From positions 122,388,001-122,452,000 of the forward strand of contig CM097886.1 in NCBI GenBank assembly GCA_044892525.1: a stretch of DNA of 64,000 nt, in the 5' to 3' direction. Below are positions 52,701 through 64,000 of the stretch, piece by piece. This DNA comes from Schmidtea polychroa. Taxonomy: Eukaryota. Every line of letters starts with the position of its first letter. Positions within the stretch are counted from its first letter, which is position 1. A program made the position numbers and the translations under genes. A model generated the notes under the pieces. The model had not been told where the DNA came from. It saw only the letters and a list, made by a program, of their open reading frames with translations, and did not search any database.

Positions 52701-55700
52701 GGGTTAGAAAGGTATAAAATCACTAAATTTTCCAAATAGGTTTTATTCTGTTTTATTTATTGTTTTAAAGGATAGGAAAACCAAGGTGAAGTGTCGATTG
52801 AGGCATCAACACAATGCATAAAAAGCATAAAGTTTATTTAAAATAAATTAAAAACATCAAATAAACAAAAATAAAAACATAACAAGAGAAATTAAAATAA
52901 AACAAAAGTAATAAAATCACAAAATGCCATATAAATTGCGCATATAACATAGAATAAGAGCAATAAAACAACGAAAATTCATCGCGAAAAATACACAAAA
53001 TACAAGAAAACACCCGCGGGTCTAGGCGAAAATGGCGTATAAAAAGAGATAGATAGACCAAGCAGGATCAAAAGAAAAAGGAATTAAAAAATAAAACAAA
53101 AAATTAAAACAGCCAATTAGAACGATAGGAATTTATAAATAAAATAAAAAAATTTTAAAATCAAAAATAGAAACTGCAATCACCAATTTAGAAGAAATGT
53201 CGCGTTGGAAAAATGAAGAAAAATTTTAATAATTCATTGAGTATAGTATAATGTTTTTCTTTACTACTCGATTAAATCAGAATGTCATCCAAATAAAAAA
53301 ATTTCATCTACCAATAAGAAAATAAAATAAAAATAAATAAAATAATCGGTAATAAATTATTTAATATGAAAATGTTTTAAATAAATAAATTTAAAATTTA
53401 AACTAAAATATCCAGAAAACTGATAAATAAAAAATTAAAATAAGTAGTAAAATTATGTAAATTATAGAATTTATAAAACTAAATTGTTTAAATCAATGAA
53501 AACTAAAATAAGACTAACTAAAATTATTTGGATTATAAAATTTATAAAACTAAATCGTAAAAATTAAAAAAATAAAATTTTTTTTGATTAATTAAATTAA
53601 AAATAAATAATTACACACACTCATACATGCATGCAAAAGTAATTCAAAATTTCTCGCATTCTGAGTGCATCTAGTAACAGAGAATGCATGAATGCACAGT
53701 AAAAATCAATATAAATACTGATTGAAAATTTAGTTAAACAACTAGTTTAAATTTGAAATCAACTTTGTTTTGTCAGACATTGCTAGGCGCTCTCAGTTTT
53801 CGGTCCATGCCATGGCAGTAAGTTAAATTGGATTTTAGTAATTGTATTGTCATAATTTAATAAAATTTAAATGTTAATTTAGTTTAGTTATTTTTTATGT
53901 TTTGTGGTTTTATTATGGTTTATTTTGTTTTTTCTGAATAATACTTCACACTTTTATGCCTCCAGAGTGAACAAATGTTCGTGAACCGATGGCAGTCGTG
54001 CTGCTGGACAGAGGATGTTTCACCAGTTTGGCACATCGTTTTATAGAGTATAATTAGCAATAGGCTCGATATGAAATATAGTCATTTTGGATAGTTGTAG
54101 CCTTGTTTTAAATATTTATAGCATAGGACGGGTCCGTCACCGTTATTTTTATGAATACGACTCAGTAGTAATACAGTAACTAAGATCGGTTGTCGGTAGA
54201 TAAGGTTCAGTTTGGTTAATCTTATAGAATCAACGAATGGTTAGGATGTCAAATAGGGCAGAATTAGAAATACAGGAGGATCCCTGCTCAAATTCTTTGG
54301 AAAATAAGTATTGGGCCAGACTGAACCAATTTTTACTTTCAATAAGAAACCAATCTTTTCTTGTATAAATACCAATTTTAACTCTTTTAAGAAATTGTAC
54401 TGTAATATTGAAAAATGCAATTAATAAAAAATAAGAGGCCATTATAACAATAAATAAACGATTAAATATAAAAAGAATATAATTAAAATGAAAAAATAGT
54501 CAAATAGTAAATAAAATAGAATAACTTCATAATTAAGCCTAAATAAATAAAATAAAAATAAATTATTAAAAACATTGAGACAACTAACTCAAAAATCAAG
54601 TAAAAAACATAAAACTTAATTAAAACAAAATTTTTATTAAATTACACACCCGCTTAATCACTATTGGATGAAGAGTGGATGAAAATAAGTATAAATACGG
54701 CCCTCTTAATTGCATTTTTAAATGCTAACTCTTATAACGAAAGGTACTACTTTTACGAATCTAAATTTTGCAAAAATCTATCTATTGTTCAACATATTCA
54801 AATATCACTCCGGAGAACTCTTTGAGAATTAGAACTTTGTATCCAGCTACGATATTGAAAAGTTGGTAATAATTTTGTTGTAAAGTTTTATGTCTGATGT
54901 AATGTTTTATGAACTATCTGTATTATATTAAAAAAAGTAAATGATTTTAAATTTAAAGATGTTCCTTTTTTCTCACATTCATTATAATAAAGAACCTTTT
55001 TTATATTGTAAAACACATCGAATATAATAACCATTTCATAATTTTATATTATCAATTATTATTATTATTAGTAATTTGAACATTTTATCGTGTTGAAGGA
55101 TTCTAGAAGGTTCCCGGTGGGTATATACCTTGAGTATTCATCCCGATGGGGTCTTCGGGAGTTCCCAGCATTAGTCGGGGGATGCATCTGGCATGGGTTC
55201 AGCACTAGTTGGGTATGCAAACTGATTTTCTTAGGTTTAGAATATGATAACGAAGCAGACGTATATCGACCACAAATCAACAATTTTGGTATAATTGAAT
55301 TTTTTCTGAAAGCGACACGAGTAAATTTAATTGACTATCGCGAGTGTAGGAGATGATCAGCAGAAATTTTGATAAATCAGAACAGCGTATTCTTTCACAC
55401 GAGTCTTGCACAGTAAATTTTTGAATAATCGTCCAGCAGATGCATATGAATATGATTCTACTAGTATTAGCTACTTAAAATTGAAGGTATATAATAGATT
55501 GACATATAGGAAAAATTCTCTTTATTCGATTTCAATGAATTACAGCAAGTTCAAAACATCAGCGTAGGAAAATTCAATTAGTAATTTTTCACATGTAAAT
55601 CCACTTCCAAATCACGAGATTACTACTTTGACATCAACTTCTCTGTTAAATTAGAAATTCGCCATGCGCAAAAATCTCCATAGACACAATAGTATAGAAA

Positions 55701-57034
55701 CACCCGTTCAATACGTTGCCAGTTAGGCAGAAACAACAAGGCGATGACCAAATTTTCTGTGATGCCAAGCACTGTAAACATCCGCTAGCTCGAAAACATC
55801 AGCATGGAAATCTATCACATAAACACAATGTAGTAGCCGTAGATCTATAAGGCCACGAACACTATTCGCACTAACCTCATTACTGTTTATAGTGAAAAAT
55901 TAACACCAGTTAAAGTGCGTTAATGTACCCTCAGTAATCGAACCCGGAAATATTTCCTAGTCATCATCTGAAAGATGTTCATTCTCCTAAACGCGTTTCA
56001 TGCCGGGAACATGGAGAAAATGTAAGTGCACCGCCATCTCCGGAAGTACTGTATACCGGCAACAGTGTAGCTCCAATCATTGCTCAGAAAATCATCGTGT
56101 GTTTAGTTTCGTTATTCACCTACGTGAAAACGAAACGAAAATCTAGTACGCGAGCAGAGAGAACTCAGCGAAGACGAGAAAAGCAAACGGAGGCCGAAAA
56201 CGCCCTGATCTCATCTCATGCCAAAGCAACGGCCGGCATGGTGGCTGCGATGGAAACTGCCAAAGGTTCACCATACCAAATCGTATCAGTCGCCAACTCG
56301 CAAACAGTCGAAAACCCCCAGATCGATTTCGAACAACTTATGCGAGAAGTCGAAGAGGAAGGGTTCTGGGACTCTTTCAACCCCCTTCCACCTCAATAGA
56401 TCACAATTGACGAGTTGAGTAACTCCATACGGGAACTAACAGAACTCTCAAAATATGATGTATTTAATTGTGTTAACGTGCTGTATAACTGTTTATGTTT
56501 ATGACCTGTTCTTAATGAATGTACTTGAAAATGTTTGAGGTATGAATGAGATGTTCTATCGGCGCATGATTGTATGTAGAAGCTAAATCAGTAAGCGAGC
56601 AGAGTTTATATGTAAGAATCAGTTTTATCCAATCAAAAACCATGATGAAAGTGAATAGAAACTGGAGAGTTGAAGGATTGCGCTAATATTTATATTTGTG
56701 TGGCAGTGATGATGACAGCTAAGGGAAATGTTGAAATCGCGTAGTTAAAGTACTAATTTGATGTCTTCAACCAGGATCAGTTGGGTAGAGAGAGAAATGC
56801 TAAATACAAGGTAAGACCTTCTACTGGCACTCTAGAACCCGTAGAGAATTGCTATAAGGGAGTAGTTGTAACGCAGCAGTCCACCAGCCTTATAGCGTTC
56901 GCCGACTTGGGGCAGTACCAACATGGATAAACTCTCATGGGCACCTTGTCGTATGATGGTAAGTCGTGTAGGTATCTCCAACGAGTTGAAATTTAGAACC
57001 CAACGTAATGATTGCAGGATATGATCCATGAATG

Positions 57035-58999
57035 TGTTGGGTAGTCGACTAGGTCAACACAAGTTTGCGCGTTACCAGGGGATGATAGTCCAGAAAAAGA
57101 AATAACCCTATATCATATTATGCTGACCGCTAATCCACAACCCACACGATTACTTTCTCATCATGACACGCATGATTTACATCATGTTGGTACTGTCCCA
57201 TGATGGCGAGATGAGATGAAGCAGGTGAGCCCCTGCCTTAGGACTACTCCTTCACCCCACTTCGGCTTCTCCATCTTCTGACGGCCAATAGAAGGGCTTA
57301 TGCCTTTTCAAGATTGGGTACCTTCACTATCGATTTTTCATTCATCATCACAGTTTCACCCATTTTAACAATACAACAAAAGAAAACAAAAAAAACAACA
57401 GAACTACCATTACTACGTGATCCGACATTTATTTAAAGAAATACCATTATTCTCCTGTTTCTCACATCAACTCTGCTAGAAGAACTATTCTTCCCCCTTA
57501 ATATTGTGTGATCAAATTTCAACATTTAATGCTATATGCTAATTTTCTCTACTGTCTGATAAAATCTGAAATCTCGATTATTATCGATGACCTATCAAAA
57601 TGAAGTTCGTTTCAGGGTGATGAATGAGTAGCAGATTACGGACTCCCTCAGTCATTGCGAGTGCCTTTATCTTCTTGGTAAGAAAATTGTAGTTTCACTT
57701 TTATTTTTTGTAATTTTTCTAAAATTTTACTCCCAGATGAAGTTGTACCTCACTTTCCTGTGGCGACAGATCAGTGGATAAACCCCCACAAGATGACCCG
57801 ATCTATACCACTACGACGCTGAAGTGTCATCTGACCCTCAAAGTGTCAACTGCCCCTCGAGCTGTGGCCTTCCTAACCCCAGTGCCGTGGAATATCAGAA
57901 AATATAATACCATTGAGCATTCAATAAAATGTTTCATTATTTGATTTATCTTTTGTAAATAAATCCTGATTATGTTTAATAAATATGACTCTACTTATGA
58001 AATAACAGTAAAGAAAACGAACCATTAATGTTTAATATTTTTACGAATCTTTAAATTATTTTACATTTCTAAATGTGTTAAAAATTCATGTAACGTACAA
58101 ATAAAAGGTTTACTGTCTGCCTGAAATTTTGAATGATAATAGAATAGATCTCTTTTTCGAAAAATTTGCTCGCAAATGGTGAACCCTCGAGTGATCTGTT
58201 AGCTGTGTGAATTTGTAGTGTTCCTAAAGATCTGGATAGTAAGTTGCTGAATGCGGATTGTCCTAAAGCTAAAGTTGGATGGTTTTTTAATACTGAAATT
58301 TTCATTTCAGTGCTGTGTTTAAATAGTTAATTGTGAAATGAGTGGGCCAATCAAAATCGAGGCGCCGTTAATTTATTTAATTTAAATCAATATATTTTAT
58401 TGGTTTTTTTAAATTTTTCTTTACTTTTTCTTATAATTTTATTAATTTTCTAAATTTTTTTCTATTAACTGTATATTTTTGGTGTTGTTTTTCCACTTTG
58501 GTCGGCTTTTATATTTTGATTTTTGTTTTAATTCTATGAATAGCCGACTTCGGACTCCCTCAGTCATTGCGAGTGCCTTTATCTTCTTGGTAAGAATATT
58601 GTAGTTTCACTTTTATTTTTTGTAATTTTTCTAAAATTTTACTCCCAGATGAAGTTGTACCTCACTTTCCTGTGGCGACAGATCAGTGGATAAACCCCCA
58701 CAAGATGACCCGATCTATACCACTACGACGCTGAAGTATAATTTTATTAATTTTCTAATTTTTTTCTATTAACTGTATATTTTTGGTATTGTTTTTCCAC
58801 TTTGGTCGGCTTTTATATTTTGTTTTTTGTTTTAATTCTATGTTCTATTTTTATATTTAGTTACTGTGTTTATTTATTTTTATTTTCTAATTTTTTTTTA
58901 ATTTTTGTGGTATTTTTTGTTGTTTCTTATTGTTCCTATCTCTTTTTTCTTATTTGCGCTATTTCATGATTTATTTTTGAATCACTTATCAGCCCAACA
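57035..58999 (-). mobile_element. Solo LTR copy D (1,965 bp), nested in C
   Basis: tgttggg...cccaaca termini; TSD aatg. The empty-site sequence ccatgaatgtatgacgtcacc is seen uninterrupted at 63141. Confidence 0.9.
57641..58842. repeat. Internal duplications in D: ~185-bp X (57641-57826, 58553-58736) and ~105-bp Y (58436-58540, 58737-58842)
   Basis: Near-identical direct repeats read directly from the sequence. Confidence 0.9.
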
Positions 59000-60059
59000 A
59001 ATGTATGACGTCACCTAGACCATCAAAAGCCATGTGAGTGTTGAGCTGATGGTCAAATAAATATAAAAATACCCAAAAATAGTGATGATAATTAAGAAAA
59101 TACAAATAAGTTAGAAAAATACGATAAAATAACTCAAAAATCAACCAAAGAAAAGAAAATAGGAATAGAAAAATTAATTAATAATAAAATCAATAGAAAT
59201 AATAAAGAAATCATAAGAAACGAATAAAAGAGAAAAAATAAAATAATACAACCGCACTGGATTCTGATTGGACAGAATCCAGTATATAAGAAAACTAAGC
59301 GGCTAATTCATTCAGTTATTCAAAATTAATTTCAGAACGACTCGTAACCATCAGCCTAACTCCGATAACTAATTCAATTCATCAATTCGTAAATTCAAGA
59401 CAGTGTAAGCCTCACTTATTTATTTATATGCTAACGTAATGTTTTATAATCACTTAATCATTTAAAAGTTAAACTTAGTAAATGTAACGATGAATAAATA
59501 AATTTTGTTCTCTATTCTTTCCATCAATGTAATTTAGTTTTTGAACGTTTAAATTGAACTCAGAATTTAATTTCGACTATTTTGGTTTCTTAATATGGAA
59601 ATTGAGTTTTCAATCATAGGTGAGGAATTCATAGTATGTATTATGATTTTATGCCTATGGAGTAAGTTAGTTGTAATGATGCTATCAGGAAGACTGTATT
59701 GGAATGAGCAATCCGGTTTTAACTCAATTGGTATGGAAAATTTAGTAGAATAAATGTTTTGGTATGCAGATTCGAACGATAGAGTATGTATCTGATAGTA
59801 ATGAGCGAATGATGATGCAAGTAGATGTTGAGGGAATATGTCGTCAGTCGAGGGGTGACTAAAGAGGATCGAGTGATGGGAGACACAATTAGTCGGGGTA
59901 CATTTTCGGTGGACTAATTGGACGTCCCCTGGATAGCAGTAGTGCAGGAGGAGCAATGGAATGGACTAGACTTTTATGAATATTTCAAGATAGATTTTAC
60001 TATCATTATTGCGTCTCGAGTATAATTTATTTCTCAGGGCATTTTAGTTTATTTTCGAT

Positions 60060-60240
60060 CTGAATATAGATTGACCCGAAGGATATTTTGGTTTCGGATA
60101 TAAATTAATCCGAAGGGATTCAGAATATAGATTGATCCGAAGGATATTTTGTTTTCAGATATAGGTTAATTCGAACGGTATTTTGGTTTTCTTTAGTTTC
60201 GGATATAGGCAAATTCGAAGTATATTTTGTTTACGGATAT
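60060..60240. repeat. Degenerate minisatellite with TCCGAA/TTCGGA motifs inside copy E
   Basis: Repeats of gatatag..tt.atccgaaggatatttt.gtttcg. Confidence 0.7.
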
Positions 60241-61408
60241 CTTTTGCTTTCTCTTATTTCTGCTATTTATTAGGATCTTCGTCTTTTATTCGTTTTTAGT
60301 CTGGTAGATTTTATTTTAAAGCTGTTTCTATCGTTATTTTTTGGTTTCTATCAGTTGTATATTTTCATGGAGTTATTGATTTTTTTTCGTATTGTCAATT
60401 TTTATACAGCGATTTTTTTATTCTTTTGCCATTACGGCTTTCCCTCAATAAAATAACAAGGTGTCGCGAAACCTTGTTTAAAAATAAATAAAATGTATGA
60501 CTGTACATTACTGTACATAACCTCTGATAATCCCCAGTGCAAATACAGGCAATCAAGAATCACGACAGATGACGCAACACCCACGTGCAATGATTGAGTA
60601 AACTGACAGATATGCAGTGGGAAAACCGATTATTGATTTTAATGATAAATTTTCATGGAAAAGCTACAGACGCACTAACTCCTACCAGCCCACACACACC
60701 CTAGGGTGAATTAATCCCTGACAATTCCAGTTAAAACACCTCCCGGTACACACATCCACAGCCAATGGTGTTGAATTGTGATGCGCAAGAGATAAATAAA
60801 TCATCAACTCGTGCGACATATACAACAAAGTCTTCGTTTATTCAAATCTAATTCGGTCAGGTCAACGGGGCAGGCGGGAACGACATATTATATTACATCA
60901 CCATAATAGTGTATTAATTAGAAACAAATACGCAATGAGTAGCGTCGATATAAACTGTCTGATAACTGCCTAACTATTTTCCGATTAAATGAAAGCCAAA
61001 TTCTCAATATCGCCCAACTTGATATTTGCTTTTTATTAAGAAAGTGCAGAAATTTTTTTTTACAAAGAAAAATGGGAACGAAACCAACACTAAATTTTGT
61101 GGAGTTTACATTCATTCACTGCTGATAGAGTAAATCTAGATAATTAAGTTCCAAATTAATGATTAAGTTTCGGTGATATTACGAAAGGTAGGTACAGTGG
61201 TTCGGTGTTTCGTGATCGAAGCTCTGTCCCTACCCTTTTAAAGTCCAGATAAATTAACAAATGCTGAATAGCACGAGATGCACGGAATAAAACAGTCGAG
61301 CATGTAGAATTTTTTCTCCTTTTACCGGTGTTCTGGTTTGGGGAACCTAATTTTCGTAATTGGATAATTTAACTATTTCGTATCATTTCAGGAATTTTTC
61401 GAGAACCA

Positions 61409-62140
61409 ATGTCAGAAGTAAATCTTCCTCCAACCGGCCCGAGACCGTGTTTCTCGTGCGCCGACAAAAATGCCTTACTAAAACAATCGGCCGAGTATAT
61501 AGGGTCACTCAAGCAAAAAATCGATACATTAGAGGGCACCTAGTTACTCCAGGCCCAGATGAAAATTCTCACGCTCGAACACTGTCGAGATAGTTTGCTC
61601 CAGGAGAGTCTGAGTCAGAGGTTCACGATCAAAGTGCAATCTGCGGCTCTTCATCGCATTTATTCGGAAGCCGAACTGAAGGCACGTATAGCGGAATATC
61701 CCATCTCGGATAAGGGGAATCTTTTTCCTAAACACCACGATCTAATTCATCGAGAACCGGCTTAACCTTCTTGATGTGGCTCTCATGGCCCAACTGCCGC
61801 GTCTCCAGTCATTACACACATTTTAAAGACAACAATGCCAGAACCCGTACATCCAATCACAAATCCGGTAGCTCCCACGACTTCTCAGCCAGTAATTCAA
61901 CCGGTATCTACCAAGCAGAAGAGAAAGAAACGGCTAACACGCGCTGAAAAAACAAAGAAACGTCGAGAGGAAATTTCGGCCCTTGAAGCGACCTTATTCG
62001 CTGTCACCCAGGCGAAGATAGTACCTCCCACAGCTACCGTTGCACCGGTCGAAATCGTGTCAGCCACAGTCTCTCCACCATCTCTCGACCCTGTTCTAGA
62101 ATGCGATATAGATGCGATGTTGGCAGAGGGGGAGATGTGA
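61409..62140 (+). pseudogene. Disrupted copy of the LTR-encoded ~254-aa ORF
   Basis: MSEVN...RPCFSCADKN...LEGT*(TAG for W)...LEHCRDSLL...RLTRAEK.KKRR...DIDAMLAEGEM. Confidence 0.85.
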
Positions 62141-62713
62141 TCGCCAAAAACCTGACCAAAGCATTTCACTATAAAAACCCTTCCAGCAAGGCAAATGACT
62201 ATTATAAAATCTTTGAGGAACTAATCATGATTTTATATTTTGGTGTAAATTTGTTGTGTTCTAACTTTGTTGTTTTGTTTGATGCATGTATAAATATAAC
62301 GTAATTAAAACGTCAAACTTTGTCTCGTTGTTTGTTGAATTATTGATTTATTGCTCTAAAGACTTCAGTGCAACCTCGTAGACAAATTGAAAGACCTCAC
62401 TTGGACCAGAGGCAAATTGCTGAATGATGTAAGTCCTTCTATGGCATTCCAGGACCCGAACCGCGAACGCTGTGAGGAGTAGTTTTAGTAATAGAGCTCA
62501 CCTGTTCACGGGTTGCAACCTCGGAGTACAGCACCAACATGACTCGTTGTCATGGGTACACAAGAGGGAATATATCAACAAATCGTTTTGGGCGTCTGGG
62601 GTAACTGAATCAATTGCAAGGGCAATCCCTAGTTGCACCAGTCATGGAAGACATGCCCAGGTGCCCAACATGAGTCAACTCAGAGGGAATACCCAACATA
62701 AGTTAAATCTTCA

Positions 62714-62960
62714 TAAATAAATTTAATTGTAATTTTTAATGGTAAATTCTATTTAATGAAATGATTAATTTTTTTTCATGTAAAATATTTTTTAGATTTT
62801 ATTGTCAACTAGGTTAGATTTTAATGTATTGTTTTAATGAATAAATTTAATTGTAATTTTTAATGGTGAATTCTATTTAATGAAATGATTAATTTTCTTT
62901 TTAAATATTTTTTAGATTTTATGATCAACTAGGTTAGATATTATTGTATTTTTTTATTGA
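62714..62960. repeat. Two tandem copies of a ~125-bp AT-rich unit
   Basis: aataaatttaattgtaatttttaatgg...caactaggttagat occurs twice. Confidence 0.85.
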
Positions 62961-63019
62961 TAAATAAAAAGTTATTATTTATTCTTAAATGCCTTGTTTC
63001 ATCATACATTTAGGACATT

Positions 63020-63182
63020 ATCTTGGGGCAGTACTAACATGAATAAACTTCCATGGCACCTTGTCGTATGATGGTAAGTCGTGTGGGTGCCTCCAACGAG
63101 TTGAAAGTTAGAACCCAACGTAAAGATTGCAAGATATGAACCATGAATGTATGACGTCACCTAGAACATCAAAAGCCATGTG
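63020..63182 (+). repeat. 3' fragment of a C-like LTR
   Basis: Closely matches 56905-57034 joined to 59004-59034. Confidence 0.8.
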
Positions 63183-64000
63183 ACATATCTAGAACGAAAG
63201 AAGATTCCCTATCACAATTAGTACGAACATTTCTGTATTTTAATAGGGTCATACGGTTCCTACAACTCAATAGTGGTTATCCCCTCTAACCAACTGAAAA
63301 TGGTAAACACTTCAAATAACCGCCAACTAGAACCCCCATGCAAACCACACTCATTCTAATTAGTTCCACACGCCATCTTCCACCACTCAACGGTCGGTTG
63401 AAATTTAATCGGAACAGGCGAGGGTAAATTATGAATACCCGTTTAATAACATTTATTAAAAATTAATTTACTCGTTCCTCTACGCCTCAATCATACTCAT
63501 AACTGAATCGCTTCAGGGTAAATGCGACACAGTAATATAACTAAAACATTTTCCCCATTTTCCCTTGACGGCTGAACAATGAGGTACTGGGAGAGACCTG
63601 ATCGAGACAAAAGTAAATTAAACACACAAACGATGTTTCCTAATTCCTATAATGATTCGCAATTGTACTGCTCTATGTTTAGAGAATGTTTTCCCTTGAC
63701 GTGTCATAGAGATGTAGAAATTTGCTCATATTATTGTTTAGATTTGCAGTAAAGTTGTTGTTGCTAGATGAAGTTAATGATATCATGCAGTTGGAGAATT
63801 TTTTATGAGATACACAAGTCATTGTGGGAAATCGCATTGTGTGGCAGTGTGTTAACAGTAACGATGTGGTTTATTACGGGCCGATATTGGAGGTACAATA
63901 TAAAATTCTGGCGTTTAAAACCGACCTTCTTGGCCATTGCATAAACTTAAAATCAACCAACACCGGTCACAACATCGAGAAACATACTTTCCTAAATTTA

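Larger units (their letters stand above)
59039..62670 (+). mobile_element. Solo LTR copy E (3,632 bp), nested in C
   Basis: tgttgag...cccaaca termini; TSD tgag. Promoter at 59264-59288; motif at 62429-62531. Confidence 0.88.
54309..62698 (+). mobile_element. Solo LTR copy C (~2.8 kb net) hosting nested copies D and E
   Basis: tattgggcc...cccaaca termini; TSD taag (54305-54308 and 62699-62702). ORF remnant 56097-56399; motif 56811-56915. Confidence 0.82.

Noticed and set aside
52697-53610. Another LTR-family 5' end (tattggg, A-rich tract, attacacac)
   Set aside because: No matching CCCAACA end or TSD was found; too degenerate to call.
1-64000. rRNA/tRNA genes or prokaryotic operons
   Set aside because: None recognisable. 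Spliceosomal introns, a proteasome fragment, TRAF, hAT and LTR elements indicate a eukaryotic nuclear genome.

Overview
AT-rich eukaryotic (probably invertebrate) genomic DNA, almost all transposon-derived. The centrepiece is a giant Ty3/Gypsy-type, retrovirus-like element on the minus strand (12446-36801, at least 24.4 kb even without a 3' LTR). It has a 5.4-kb 5' LTR (TGTTGGG...CCCAACA) that itself encodes two proteins: a conserved 254-aa CxxC/coiled-coil/NLS protein and an IAP-type RING protein. The internal region reads gag (3 CCHC knuckles), in-frame TAA, three ubiquitin-like domains plus a Bcl-2-like domain plus a chuvirus-like envelope glycoprotein, in-frame TGA, PR-RT-RNaseH-integrase fused to two ankyrin modules and a small membrane protein, then separate coiled-coil, TRAF and coiled-coil ORFs. 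The envelope therefore lies between gag and pol, and the element carries an apparent apoptosis/TNF-NF-kB/ubiquitin toolkit. Five further solo LTRs of the same family (one also duplicated), each with a 4-bp TSD, occur in the window, including a three-member nest at 54.3-62.7 kb. Most copies share a promoter layout and all share a structured ~102-nt GTAAG...CAG element. Also present: a decayed 8.6-kb Gypsy whose 5' LTR holds a proteasome alpha-6 fragment, a near-identical 12.4-kb duplication (1-12445 = 35152-47597) whose junction truncates the giant element, two hAT derivatives, and three exons of a host short-chain dehydrogenase gene. All domain calls are by-eye motif recognition; no database searches were run.
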